A stretch of DNA of 64,000 nucleotides from Vulcanococcus limneticus LL (GCF_943369875.1 NZ_CALROT020000004.1:101765-165764); one strand, 5' to 3'; positions 19,696-32,335 are shown, counted from the stretch's first letter. Notes: generated from the sequence alone by a model not told the origin. Translations and numbers: made by a program.

Positions 19696-21462
19696 GTGAC
19701 AGCAAATCCTTCCTCCGATCGTGAGTCCAGCCCCAGCGGCTGTCCTGACCCAGGCGCCACGGCTGCCTCCCGGGCCACGGCTGCCTCCAATGCCACGGCT
19801 GCCCCCCATCCCGTCGATGCCGGCCTGCCCCAGGTGGGTGGCTCCTGTTCCACCGCCAGCTTCGTGAGCCGACCCGCCGTGGCGCCGGTGGTGCTCGCCA
19901 TCCTTGACGGCTGGGGCTACCGCCACGACGACGCCCACAACGCGATCCGCGCCGCCGACACGCCGGTGATGGACGCCCTCTGGCACGCCTACCCCCACAC
20001 CCTGATCCAGGCCAGTGGCGCCGATGTGGGCCTGCCGGACGACCAGATGGGCAACTCCGAGGTGGGCCACCTCACCATCGGAGCCGGACGGATCATCCGC
20101 CAGGAACTGGTGCGGATCAGCAAGGCCGTCCAGGATGGCAGCCTGGCCGAAAACCCCGGCCTCAATGCCCTGGCGGACCGGCTGCTGGCCAGCGGCAACA
20201 CCCTGCACCTGATCGGGCTCTGCTCGGACGGCGGCGTCCACAGCCACATCGATCACCTGGGCGGGCTGCTGCGCTGGGCCGCCGGCCGGGGCCTCGACGA
20301 CGTGGCGATCCACGTGGTCACCGATGGCCGCGACACGGCCACCCAGAGCGCCCCGGGCTTTCTGGCCACGATCGAGCGCCAGATCGCCGAGGCCGGTGTG
20401 GGCCGGATCGCCACGATCTGCGGCCGCTACTGGTCCATGGACCGCGACAACCGCTGGGACCGCACCGAGAAGGCCTACCGGCTGCTGAGCGAGCCGGGCG
20501 AGGTCACGCCCCTCACCCCCCTGCAGGTGCTGGAGGCCTCCTACGCCGAGGGCATCACCGATGAGTTCATCGAGCCGGTGCGGCTGGCCCCCGGCCACCT
20601 CAAGGGCGGCGACGGGCTGGTGTGCTTCAACTTCCGCCCCGATCGGGTGCGGCAGCTGGTGCGGGCCCTGGTGCTGCCCGATTTCGAGGCCTTCCCCCGC
20701 GAGCGAATCGCCGACCTCGATCTGGTGACCTTCACCCAGTACGAGGCCGGCCTGCCGGTGGTGGTGGCCTTCCCACCCGAGCCCCTGGATGGCCTGCTGG
20801 GGGAAGTGGTGGCGGCCCATGGCCTCCGCCAGTTCCGCACCGCCGAAACCGAGAAATACCCCCACGTCACCTATTTCATGAACGGCGGCATCGAGCAGCC
20901 GTTCCCCGGTGAAGACCGGCACCTCGTGCCCTCGCCGCGGGTGGCCACCTACGACGAAGCCCCGGCCATGTCGGCGGAGCAGCTCACCGACAACTGCATC
21001 GCCGCCATCGCCAAGGGCATCTACTCCCTGGTGGTGATCAACTACGCCAACCCGGACATGGTGGGCCACACCGGCCAGATGGAGGCGACGGTGAGCGCCA
21101 TCGGCACGGTGGATCGCTGCGTGGGCCGCCTGGTGGAGGCCACCAACCGCATGGGCGGCACCCTGCTGATCACCGCCGACCACGGCAACGCCGAACTGAT
21201 GGAGGGCCCCGACGGCCGCGCCTGGACGGCCCACACCACCAACCCGGTGCCGCTGATCCTGGTGGAGGGCGAGAAGCGCAAGCTGCCGGGCCATGGCACC
21301 GACGTGCGCCTGCGCGAGGGTGGCGGCCTGGCCGACATCGCCCCCACCCTGCTGGAGATCCTGGACCTGCCCCAGCCGCCCCGCATGACCGGCCAGACGC
21401 TGGTGCTGCCCACCGGCACGGCGGTCGCCCCCAGCCGCGTCCCCCAGACCCTCGGGGTCTGA
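19696..21462 (+). CDS. gpmI: 2,3-bisphosphoglycerate-independent phosphoglycerate mutase (start uncertain)
   Basis: [57 protein letters not shown]. Confidence 0.96.
   Translation: MTANPSSDRESSPSGCPDPGATAASRATAASNATAAPHPVDAGLPQVGGSCSTASFVSRPAVAPVVLAILDGWGYRHDDAHNAIRAADTPVMDALWHAYPHTLIQASGADVGLPDDQMGNSEVGHLTIGAGRIIRQELVRISKAVQDGSLAENPGLNALADRLLASGNTLHLIGLCSDGGVHSHIDHLGGLLRWAAGRGLDDVAIHVVTDGRDTATQSAPGFLATIERQIAEAGVGRIATICGRYWSMDRDNRWDRTEKAYRLLSEPGEVTPLTPLQVLEASYAEGITDEFIEPVRLAPGHLKGGDGLVCFNFRPDRVRQLVRALVLPDFEAFPRERIADLDLVTFTQYEAGLPVVVAFPPEPLDGLLGEVVAAHGLRQFRTAETEKYPHVTYFMNGGIEQPFPGEDRHLVPSPRVATYDEAPAMSAEQLTDNCIAAIAKGIYSLVVINYANPDMVGHTGQMEATVSAIGTVDRCVGRLVEATNRMGGTLLITADHGNAELMEGPDGRAWTAHTTNPVPLILVEGEKRKLPGHGTDVRLREGGGLADIAPTLLEILDLPQPPRMTGQTLVLPTGTAVAPSRVPQTLGV
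19756..19806 (+). repeat. Three tandem 18-bp units encoding [17 protein letters not shown] in the GpmI N-terminal extension
   Basis: GCCACGGCTGCCTCC-CGG / GCCACGGCTGCCTCC-AAT / GCCACGGCTGCCCCC. Confidence 0.85.
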
Positions 21463-21486
21463 ACCCCAGCGCCCTAGGCTGCCCCC

Positions 21487-21723
21487 ATGCTCCAAACCGT
21501 CTTCACCTGGATCTGGCTGGCCAGCGGCGTGCTGCTGGTGGTGACCGTGCTGCTGCACAGCCCCAAGGGCGATGGCATGGGCGGGCTGGCCAGCAGCGGC
21601 GGCTCCATGTTCAGCAGCGCCCGCAGCGCCGAGAACACCCTCAACCGCGTCAGCTGGACCCTGCTCGCCACCTTCCTCGGCCTCGCCGCCGCCCTGAGTG
21701 CCGGTTGGTTCAAGGGCGCCTGA
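21487..21723 (+). CDS. secG: Preprotein translocase subunit SecG
   Basis: VLLHSPKGDGMGGL...SAENTLNRVSW, two TM helices. Confidence 0.95.
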   Translation: MLQTVFTWIWLASGVLLVVTVLLHSPKGDGMGGLASSGGSMFSSARSAENTLNRVSWTLLATFLGLAAALSAGWFKGA

Positions 21724-21751
21724 TTCCGTCCGCACCGATCGCCCCAGACCA

Positions 21752-22231
21752 ATGACCCGACGTGGCCTGCTCGCCGCCCTCACGGCCGCCGTCTCCCCCC
21801 TGCTGGGGGGGCGCTCTGCAGAGGCGGCCTCCAAGGCGGCCGATCCGGCCTGGCAACTGAGTGAGGCCGAGTGGAAACAGCGCCTCGGTGCCGCCGCCTA
21901 CGACGTGCTGCGCCGCGAGGGCACGGAGCGGCCGTTCAGCAGTCCCCTCAACAAGGAGAAGCGTGCCGGCACCTTCGTCTGCGCCGGCTGCCGCCTGCCC
22001 CTGTTCAGCTCCAAGGCCAAGTACGACAGCGGCACCGGCTGGCCCAGCTTCTGGCAGCCCCTGCCCAACGCGGTGGTCACCAAGCTCGACTTCAAGCTGA
22101 TCGTGCCCCGCACCGAATACCACTGCCGCCGCTGCGGCGGCCACCAGGGCCACGTGTTCGACGACGGCCCCCGGCCCACCGGCAAGCGCTACTGCAACAA
22201 CGGCGTGGCCCTTGCCTTCGATCCGGCCTGA
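21752..22231 (+). CDS. msrB: Peptide-methionine (R)-S-oxide reductase with a twin-arginine-like signal peptide
   Basis: GTERPF, CAGC, KYDSGTGWPSF, RTEYHCRRCGGHQGHVFDDGP.PTGKRYCNNG; N-terminal MTRRGLLAAL. Confidence 0.95.
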   Translation: MTRRGLLAALTAAVSPLLGGRSAEAASKAADPAWQLSEAEWKQRLGAAAYDVLRREGTERPFSSPLNKEKRAGTFVCAGCRLPLFSSKAKYDSGTGWPSFWQPLPNAVVTKLDFKLIVPRTEYHCRRCGGHQGHVFDDGPRPTGKRYCNNGVALAFDPA

Positions 22232-22298
22232 GGCGTCAACCCCCAGCCCTGATTCAGGGTCAGGGGGCGCCCCAGGCGATCTCCCTCAGCTCTCTCCC

Positions 22299-23558
22299 TC
22301 AGCTGGTGAACTCGCTGTTGTAGGCCTCCTCGCCGTGGGCGTTGATGTCCACCCCCTGGCGCTCCTCCGCATCCGTGACCCGCAGGGGGATCACCAGCCG
22401 CAGCAGCACGAGCAGGGCGTAGGTGCCCACCCCCACCCAGAGCACGGTGAAGCCCACCGCCTGGAGCTGGATCCACAGCTGGCCCCAGCGCCCGGCGATC
22501 ACACCGTCGGCACCGGCTGGATTGAGGCTGCGCAGGGTGAACACGCCGGTGAGCAGGGTGCCCAGCAGACCCGCCATGCCATGCACCGGCAGCACGTCGA
22601 GGGTGTCATCGAGCCGCAGGCGCAGCTTCAGCTGCAGGGCCCAGCTGCACAGCGCGGCGGCGGCAAAGCCGATCAGCACCGCCGCCAGAGGACTCACAAA
22701 GCCGGCGGCGGGGGTGATCGCCACCAGGCCGGCCACGGCGCCGGTGGCCACGCCCACGGCCGTGGGCTTGCCGCGCTGCCAGGTCTCGATCAGCATCCAA
22801 CCCAGAGCCGCGGCGGCGCCGGCGGTGTTGGTGGTGAGGCAGGCCAGGGAGGCCAGGTTGCCCGCCACCAGGCCACTGCCACCGTTGAAGCCGAACCAGC
22901 CGAACCAGAGCAGGCCGGTCCCCATCAGGATGAAGGGCACGTTGTGGGGCGGGGCGCCGTGGTCGGGGTAGGTGCGGCGCCGGCCCACCACCACCGCCGC
23001 CACGGCCGCCGCCACGCCGGAGGCCAGCTCCACCACCAGACCACCGGCGAAATCAAGGGCGCCCAGGCCATCGGCACCGAGGAAGCCCCCTGGCCCCCAC
23101 ACCATGTGGGCCAGGGGGATGTAGATCAGTGTGCTCCAGAACAGCACGAACAGGATCCAGGCCCGGAAGTTCATCCGCTCCACCACTGCCCCCGAGATCA
23201 GGGCGGGCGTGATGATCGCAAAGCTGGTCTGGAACAGCGCCACGGCGCCGTGGCTGATCTGACCGTCGCCAAAGGGGGCCGACCAGTTGCTCAGGCCCGC
23301 CCAGGCCAGCCCGCCGATGAAGGGGGCCAGGGGGCCTGAACCGGGGGAAAAGGCCAGGCTGTAGCCGAACAGCACCCAGAGCACGCTCACCAGGGCCATG
23401 GCGCTGAAGCTCATCACCATGGTGTTGAGCACGTTGCGGCTGCGGACGAAGCCCGCGTAGAAGAGCGCCAGAGCCGGCGTCATCATCAGCACCAGCGCGG
23501 CGCTGATGAGCACGAACCCGTTGTTGGCACTGCGCAGCGCCGCGGCGGCCTCGGCCAT
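22299..23558 (-). CDS. amt: Ammonium transporter (Amt family)
   Basis: LMMTPALALFYAG, FQTSFAIITPALISGA..ER, DFAGG, LLWFGWFGFNGGS, GAVAGLVAITP, DDTLDV..VHG; start taken downstream of the NtcA-type box. Confidence 0.95.
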   Translation of the reverse strand: MAEAAAALRSANNGFVLISAALVLMMTPALALFYAGFVRSRNVLNTMVMSFSAMALVSVLWVLFGYSLAFSPGSGPLAPFIGGLAWAGLSNWSAPFGDGQISHGAVALFQTSFAIITPALISGAVVERMNFRAWILFVLFWSTLIYIPLAHMVWGPGGFLGADGLGALDFAGGLVVELASGVAAAVAAVVVGRRRTYPDHGAPPHNVPFILMGTGLLWFGWFGFNGGSGLVAGNLASLACLTTNTAGAAAALGWMLIETWQRGKPTAVGVATGAVAGLVAITPAAGFVSPLAAVLIGFAAAALCSWALQLKLRLRLDDTLDVLPVHGMAGLLGTLLTGVFTLRSLNPAGADGVIAGRWGQLWIQLQAVGFTVLWVGVGTYALLVLLRLVIPLRVTDAEERQGVDINAHGEEAYNSEFTS

Positions 23559-23655
23559 GGGGGTCGCCGCCGCCAGCAGGATCGTCTCAGCCGGACTGAA
23601 CAAGGGAGCTCCCTCAGCACGGCCGACACCCTGCGGCGCCGTGGTCACCAGACCG

Positions 23656-23669
23656 GTAGCCGTTGCTAC
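23656..23669. promoter_or_regulatory. NtcA-type binding palindrome upstream of amt
   Basis: GTA-GCCGTTGC-TAC is an exact GTA-N8-TAC; no canonical -10 box found 22 nt downstream. Confidence 0.6.
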
Positions 23670-23877
23670 GAAACGAGGCGGAAACGGTAGGAACCGCGAC
23701 AAAGTCCGGGTCGCCGCAGGGCTCAAGCGGGGGTGAGGACTGGAGCTCAGGGGCAGGCGGATGGCCATGGGCACATCACCGGCCCGCAGGGCATGGGCCC
23801 TTCATGGGTGGCTGGTGACAGAGCCCGACAACGTCAGCCCACCCGCCTACGTTGAGCCGGAGCCCGACCCTTCCCGG

Positions 23878-24009
23878 ATGCGACATCTGCTCTCCCTCGT
23901 GCTGCTGCTGGCTGGTCTGGCCACCACCGGTGCGGCCGGCGCCTGCGAGCGCCATCTCCAGGGCCACCAGACCGGCTCCGACACCAACAGCGAGGCCAGC
24001 CAGCGCTGA
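23878..24009 (+). CDS. Small secreted hypothetical protein (43 aa)
   Basis: MRHLLSLVLLLAGLATTGAAGA signal peptide followed by CERHLQGHQTGSDTNSEASQR. Confidence 0.6.
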   Translation: MRHLLSLVLLLAGLATTGAAGACERHLQGHQTGSDTNSEASQR

Positions 24010-24044
24010 GCACGCCCAGGCCCCGGGGGCCGGGGAAGAGCAAG

Positions 24045-24068
24045 AAAAAAGCGCCCCCGAAGGGGCGC
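24045..24068 (-). terminator. Rho-independent terminator of groESL
   Basis: AAAAAA-GCGCCCC-CGAA-GGGGCGC on + strand. Confidence 0.8.
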
Positions 24069-24130
24069 CTGGGAGGGGGATCCGGAGATCCCCCTCGTCC
24101 ACTGGACCGTGGACAGGAAGCCGGGGACGA

Positions 24131-26156
<2,026 letters not shown>

Positions 26157-26233
26157 GGATGGATTGCGGAAAGGGTTGCGAAGCCATTGGCATGGCGCCA
26201 AAGACGCCACAGAAAGCCGCTTCTGATGCCGAT

Positions 26234-26260
26234 CTGGCACTCGAAGCTGCTGAGTGCCAA
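26234..26260. promoter_or_regulatory. CIRCE element (HrcA operator)
   Basis: CTGGCACTC-N9-GAGTGCCAA, close to TTAGCACTC-N9-GAGTGCTAA, ~80 bp upstream of groES. Confidence 0.9.
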
Positions 26261-26308
26261 CCTATGGGGAGCGGTGCCGGCCGGGCAATGCGGGTGCTGT
26301 GCGGTTGA

Positions 26309-27940
<1,632 letters not shown>

Positions 27941-27989
27941 TCAGGCACTGCGCCGCCCCACTCCCCCCGCCTGCTGATCTCCTCCGCCC

Positions 27990-28397
27990 ATGACCCTCAC
28001 CCTCCGCGTTCTGGCTCCCGATCAGAGCGTCTTCGACGGCAGTGCCGACGAAGTGATCCTGCCCAGCACCACCGGCCAGCTCGGCATCCTCACCGGTCAC
28101 GTCTCCCTGCTGACCGCCCTCGACACGGGCGTGCTGCGGGTGCGTGAGGGCAACGCCTGGACGGCGATCGCCGTCCTCGGCGGCTTCGCCGAGGTGGAAG
28201 CCGACGAGGTCACCGTGCTGGTCAACGGCGGTGAGCTGGGCAAGAGCATCGACGCCAGCACGGCATCCGCCGAGCTGGACCGGGCCCAGCAGGCCGCCGC
28301 GGCCTTCGAAGGTCAGCCCGCCAGCACTGAAAAGGTGAAGGCCCAGCAGGAGCTGGCGCGGGCTCGGGCCCGGCAGCAGGCCACCCTGGCGAGCTGA
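27990..28397 (+). CDS. atpC: ATP synthase F1 epsilon subunit
   Basis: [29 protein letters not shown]. Confidence 0.98.
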   Translation: MTLTLRVLAPDQSVFDGSADEVILPSTTGQLGILTGHVSLLTALDTGVLRVREGNAWTAIAVLGGFAEVEADEVTVLVNGGELGKSIDASTASAELDRAQQAAAAFEGQPASTEKVKAQQELARARARQQATLAS

Positions 28398-28435
28398 GGG
28401 CCATGTCCCCGGCTTTGGGCCGGGCTCCTGGTGTT

Positions 28436-28512
28436 GCCCCCGGACTTGCCCTCTGATTCGTCACCGCCCGTTGGGCGGAATACGAATCAGAGGGCAAGTC
28501 CGGGGGCTTTTT
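28436..28512 (+). terminator. Very long hairpin / terminator after atpD-atpC (perfect 26-bp inverted repeat)
   Basis: GCCCCCGGACTTGCCCTCTGATTCGT (28436-28461) pairs with ACGAATCAGAGGGCAAGTCCGGGGGC (28482-28507); inner CCGCCC/GGGCGG hairpin; TTTTT follows. Confidence 0.8.
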
Positions 28513-28611
28513 GATGGGCGCGGGTGGCCAGGTGGGTGGGGGAATGGCGGAGGGGGGGCTTTGGGGTGGTGGGCCTGGGGGGACTCCTAAGCTCGGGCCG
28601 CAGGGGCTGGG

Positions 28612-29913
28612 GTGATGGGGACGGGGCGGGAGCTGGGGCTGCAGGTGAGGGGCTGGCTGGAGGCTGGCGTGCTCGATCTCGACAACCGCACCGCCCTGGC
28701 GAACCGGCTGATCGATGGGCTCGGGGCCGAGGTGTGGCTGAGCGGGCCGGTGCGGGATCTGGCGGCCCAGCCGCTGCTGCGCCAGGTGCTGCGGCAGCAG
28801 GGCGGGGCCCAGCGCTCGGCCCTGGAGAGCCTGCGGCAGCAGCTGGAGCGCACCTATGCGCCGAGGGTGCTGGCAGAGCTGCTGGAGCTGCTGGAGGCGG
28901 CCAGCGGCCTGCCGGTCGGCCTGCCCGCACCCGACGCGCCACCGACGGGTCGCGCCCAGGGAGCCCAGGGCCTGGCGCTTCCTGTCGGTGGCCCGAGCAG
29001 CCCGAACGGTCTCCACGGAGCAGCGGCCGAGGCCACAGGTCTGGAGCTGGCGGTGGCGGAGCCACCCCTGGATGGGTCCCTGGCGGTGGCCGGACCGCGC
29101 GGGGGCCTGGGGGCACCACGCCCAGCCGCCCTCACGGGGCCTGCAGGCCTCAGCGCCCTCGCCCAGCAGCTGCGGCCGCTGGGGCCGGGCCTGGCCCTGG
29201 CCTTCGCCCTGGCCCTGGTGTGGTGGTGGGCGGCACTGGAACTCGACCGGCGCCTGTTCGATGGCTGGGGCTGGAGCGGGGGCGTGGTGCTGGCCGTGCT
29301 GCTCGCTCTGCTGCAGGCCCTGGCCCTGGGGCCCCTCAAGACGGCCCGGCGCCAGTGGCCCCTGGAGCAGGCCGATGCCACCAATCCCCACGGGGCCTGG
29401 CGCTGGCTCACGGCCCCCTGGATCCACCACGACCAGCGCGAGGCGGCGGTGAATCTGCTGATGCTGCTGGTGCTGCTGGGGCCCTCGCCGCTGCCCCTGG
29501 CCGATGTGGTGCTGCGCTACGCCCTCACCAGCCTGGCCACCGTGGCCCTGGCCCTGCTGGTGGCCCAGCGCCGCACCCCCGAGGGGCGCTGGGACGGGGC
29601 CTCCGGGGCGATCAGTGCCCTGGTGGGCCTGGGCACGGCCGCCAGCCTGCTGCACTGGCGCGCCCTGGATTTCCCCCTGGGCCGCCTGGGTTTCGGCATT
29701 CCGGCCTGGGTGCTGCTGGTGCTCTACGGCGCCCTGCAGCTGGCCTGGGTGCTGCCGCGCCGCAGCGCCCAGGACGACAGCCGGCCGCTTGATCGATTGC
29801 TCAGCAGCCAGTGGTGGTGGGGCCTGGTGCTGGGGATCGGCTGGGCCCTGGTGAGCCGAGCCGGCGAGCTGCTTCAGGCGGCGGCGCGGGCCCGGGCCAC
29901 GGCCGCCATGTAG
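28612..29913 (+). CDS. Fusion of the island N-terminal helical domain with a rhomboid-like membrane domain (probably catalytically incomplete)
   Basis: AWRWLTAPWIH...N (WR loop / TM2), WDGASGA (GxSG); no His in the last TM; N-terminus aligns with the 38027 and 40334 products. Confidence 0.7.
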   Translation: MMGTGRELGLQVRGWLEAGVLDLDNRTALANRLIDGLGAEVWLSGPVRDLAAQPLLRQVLRQQGGAQRSALESLRQQLERTYAPRVLAELLELLEAASGLPVGLPAPDAPPTGRAQGAQGLALPVGGPSSPNGLHGAAAEATGLELAVAEPPLDGSLAVAGPRGGLGAPRPAALTGPAGLSALAQQLRPLGPGLALAFALALVWWWAALELDRRLFDGWGWSGGVVLAVLLALLQALALGPLKTARRQWPLEQADATNPHGAWRWLTAPWIHHDQREAAVNLLMLLVLLGPSPLPLADVVLRYALTSLATVALALLVAQRRTPEGRWDGASGAISALVGLGTAASLLHWRALDFPLGRLGFGIPAWVLLVLYGALQLAWVLPRRSAQDDSRPLDRLLSSQWWWGLVLGIGWALVSRAGELLQAAARARATAAM

Positions 29914-32279
29914 CGGCCCCAGAGCTCAGCCACCAACGCCCCGCTGGCAGCCTCGGCCGGGCGGTTGTCGTCGTTGCCCATCCAGATCGCCGAAAGCAGA
30001 TCCAGCGAGGGGGAGTAACCAATGAACAGCACATCGACACCGTTGTTGGTGGTTCCGGTCTTGCCGCGGCCATCAGCGACCACAGCGGCAGCGCGCCCGG
30101 TACCGCGTTGCACCACGGCAGCCAGCAACCGATCCATATCGGCGGCGATCTCGGGCTTGATCAACTGGCGCGCCTGCTCACCGATCGGCACCGTGACGCT
30201 GCCGGATGGGCAATCGCTGAGGCGACGGATCGAGGAGCACATGCCCAGATCCACGATTCGCTTCACGCCATGCAGCGGCACGGATCGTCCGCCGTTGGCA
30301 ACCACGGCATAGGCACGGGCCATCTCATACAGCAGCGTTTCACGACCACCGAGCATCGTGTTGTAATCAGCATCCAGAGGATTGCTGATACCAAGGTCCC
30401 GTGCCCGTTTGACAACCTGAGCAAGGCCAGCCCGCTCCCCGAGCCGCAAGGCCACAACGTTTTCCGACAAGGCAAAGCCGTCAATTACCGTAGCCAAACC
30501 ACCCGAAGAACCAGCTCCATGACTGCAACCAGCCACATAACTCAGCGGCGCACAGGAGATTGAATCTCCCACCTTCACGCCAGCCTCAAGGGCGGCGATG
30601 AAGGGAAACAATTTAAAGGTAGAACCAGGCTGACGCAAAGCCTGGACCCGGTCAAAACTTGATCGACCGTAATCCCCCCCACCCACATAAGCGAGGATTT
30701 CTCCGGTACTGGGTCTGACACTGATCAGAGCCCCCTGCGCAAGACCGACACCTGCAGCCTGGCCATCCAGAAACCTACGCAGCTGCTGCTGAGCAAGAGC
30801 TTGCAAAGCGGGGTCAATAGTACTCTCAACGTAGTAGTTCCCACCCGAATCTTCATTCAAATTCAGGCCAAACCTTACACCCTCCAATTCGCTGATCACA
30901 TAATCACTGAAATAGGGATAAGCCTTGGTTGCGCTTTCCCGACAAGAGGAGGAATCGATGTTCAAAGGCTTGCGCTTGGCATCCGCCAGCACTTGGTCGG
31001 CCTGGGGGCCGTAGCCCAGAAAACCCTGTTCATGCATCAACTGCAGGACCAGGTTGCGACGGTGCACCGGCAACCATTCACCGTCCCGCAGAGCTTTCAC
31101 CCTCTGCCGATCGCCCTCACTCAGATTTCCCTTGCCCTGTTGACGCAGGCGCTCCTCCAACGCAGCGGCTTCTTGCCATGGTTGCGGCGCATAACAAGGG
31201 CTATAGCCATTGGGACTCGGCAGCAACCCCACCAGAAATGCCGACTGAGCCAGATCCAGCTGACTGGCCGAACGCCGGAAGTAGATCTGAGCGGCCTGCT
31301 CAAAACCATCAGTACCGAGACCGAGATGAGCCCGGTCCAGATACATCTTCAGGATCTGATTCTTGCTATATCCAACCTCAAGCTGCAACGCCACCCACAG
31401 CTCCCGCAGTTTGCGGGTGAGGCTGTAGTCCCGACCAACATCGGCATAGTAGAGACGCGCCACCTGCTGGGTGAGACCACTACCGCCGCCGCTGCCCAGC
31501 AATGCCGATCGGAACGTGCCGAACAGGTCAAGGCCACTGTTCCAACCGAAGCGTGCCTCCTCCGAGGCAATCAACGCCTGACGAAGATGCAGCGGATAGC
31601 TGGCCAGGGATGGCAGGGCCGTTGCCGAACCCTGCTTGGCATCCACCTGACTGCCATCGCTGGCAAAGATCTTCACCGGCCCGGCGATGGAGCGGATCTT
31701 CGAGCCGCCTGCCACCGTGGCCGCCGCCAGCATGCCGCTCACCAGGAGTGCCGAGCTCACCAGGCTGCCGATCCCAAGCCAGTGAATCGCCTGCTCAAGC
31801 GCACTGCGGGGATGGTGGTAGCGCAGGACGGGTGCATCACCCTTCAGCGGAGAGCCCAGCCAAACCGCATCGCCATCTCGCAGGCTGATCGCCTTGATGC
31901 GCCGGTCGCGGTGGAACAGACCGTTGGCGGAGTTGAAATCCTCCAGGGTGAAGTCGCGGTCACTCGCGCGGGCACGCTCGAGGATCGCGTGCACGCGACT
32001 CACGCCCGCCACATCCACCGGAAGCTCCGTGCCTGGATCGCGGCCGATGCGCACGCGCCCCGCACCCAGCACCAGGCGGCTGATCCGCTGCTGCCCCTGC
32101 CAGAGCTCAGCAACAGCCTGACGCTGGCGGAGATCATGCCAGGCCTGGAAGAGCGCACCACGCCTGCCAGCGCCGGCCAGGCTGCCGCGGCCACGCACAG
32201 CCGCAAGCAACTGGCGCCAGGCTTGGCGGCGACCCATGGGGGGGGCGGAAGTCTCCTGCTCCACCGTGGTCTGCTCCAT
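29874..32279 (-). CDS. FHA-domain bifunctional class A penicillin-binding protein (transglycosylase + transpeptidase)
   Basis: FHA IGRD...VSRVHA...NSANG; one TM; GT51 SEEARF, GGSGLTQQV, RKLRE, KNQILKMYL; transpeptidase RQPGSTFK (SxxK), SEN, KTG. Confidence 0.9.
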   Translation of the reverse strand: MEQTTVEQETSAPPMGRRQAWRQLLAAVRGRGSLAGAGRRGALFQAWHDLRQRQAVAELWQGQQRISRLVLGAGRVRIGRDPGTELPVDVAGVSRVHAILERARASDRDFTLEDFNSANGLFHRDRRIKAISLRDGDAVWLGSPLKGDAPVLRYHHPRSALEQAIHWLGIGSLVSSALLVSGMLAAATVAGGSKIRSIAGPVKIFASDGSQVDAKQGSATALPSLASYPLHLRQALIASEEARFGWNSGLDLFGTFRSALLGSGGGSGLTQQVARLYYADVGRDYSLTRKLRELWVALQLEVGYSKNQILKMYLDRAHLGLGTDGFEQAAQIYFRRSASQLDLAQSAFLVGLLPSPNGYSPCYAPQPWQEAAALEERLRQQGKGNLSEGDRQRVKALRDGEWLPVHRRNLVLQLMHEQGFLGYGPQADQVLADAKRKPLNIDSSSCRESATKAYPYFSDYVISELEGVRFGLNLNEDSGGNYYVESTIDPALQALAQQQLRRFLDGQAAGVGLAQGALISVRPSTGEILAYVGGGDYGRSSFDRVQALRQPGSTFKLFPFIAALEAGVKVGDSISCAPLSYVAGCSHGAGSSGGLATVIDGFALSENVVALRLGERAGLAQVVKRARDLGISNPLDADYNTMLGGRETLLYEMARAYAVVANGGRSVPLHGVKRIVDLGMCSSIRRLSDCPSGSVTVPIGEQARQLIKPEIAADMDRLLAAVVQRGTGRAAAVVADGRGKTGTTNNGVDVLFIGYSPSLDLLSAIWMGNDDNRPAEAASGALVAELWGRYMAAVARARAAA

Positions 32280-32335
32280 CACCACCACCACCGATCTGCA
32301 GAGTCATAGGGTAGGCAAAGCACCCCTCTGCGCCG

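Noticed and set aside
23560-23870. Glutamine (glnA or downstream-peptide) riboswitch upstream of amt
   Set aside because: A CGTTG start exists on the - strand near 23833, but I could not find the conserved GGAAG/GAAG-CAACG core; an Rfam scan would settle it.
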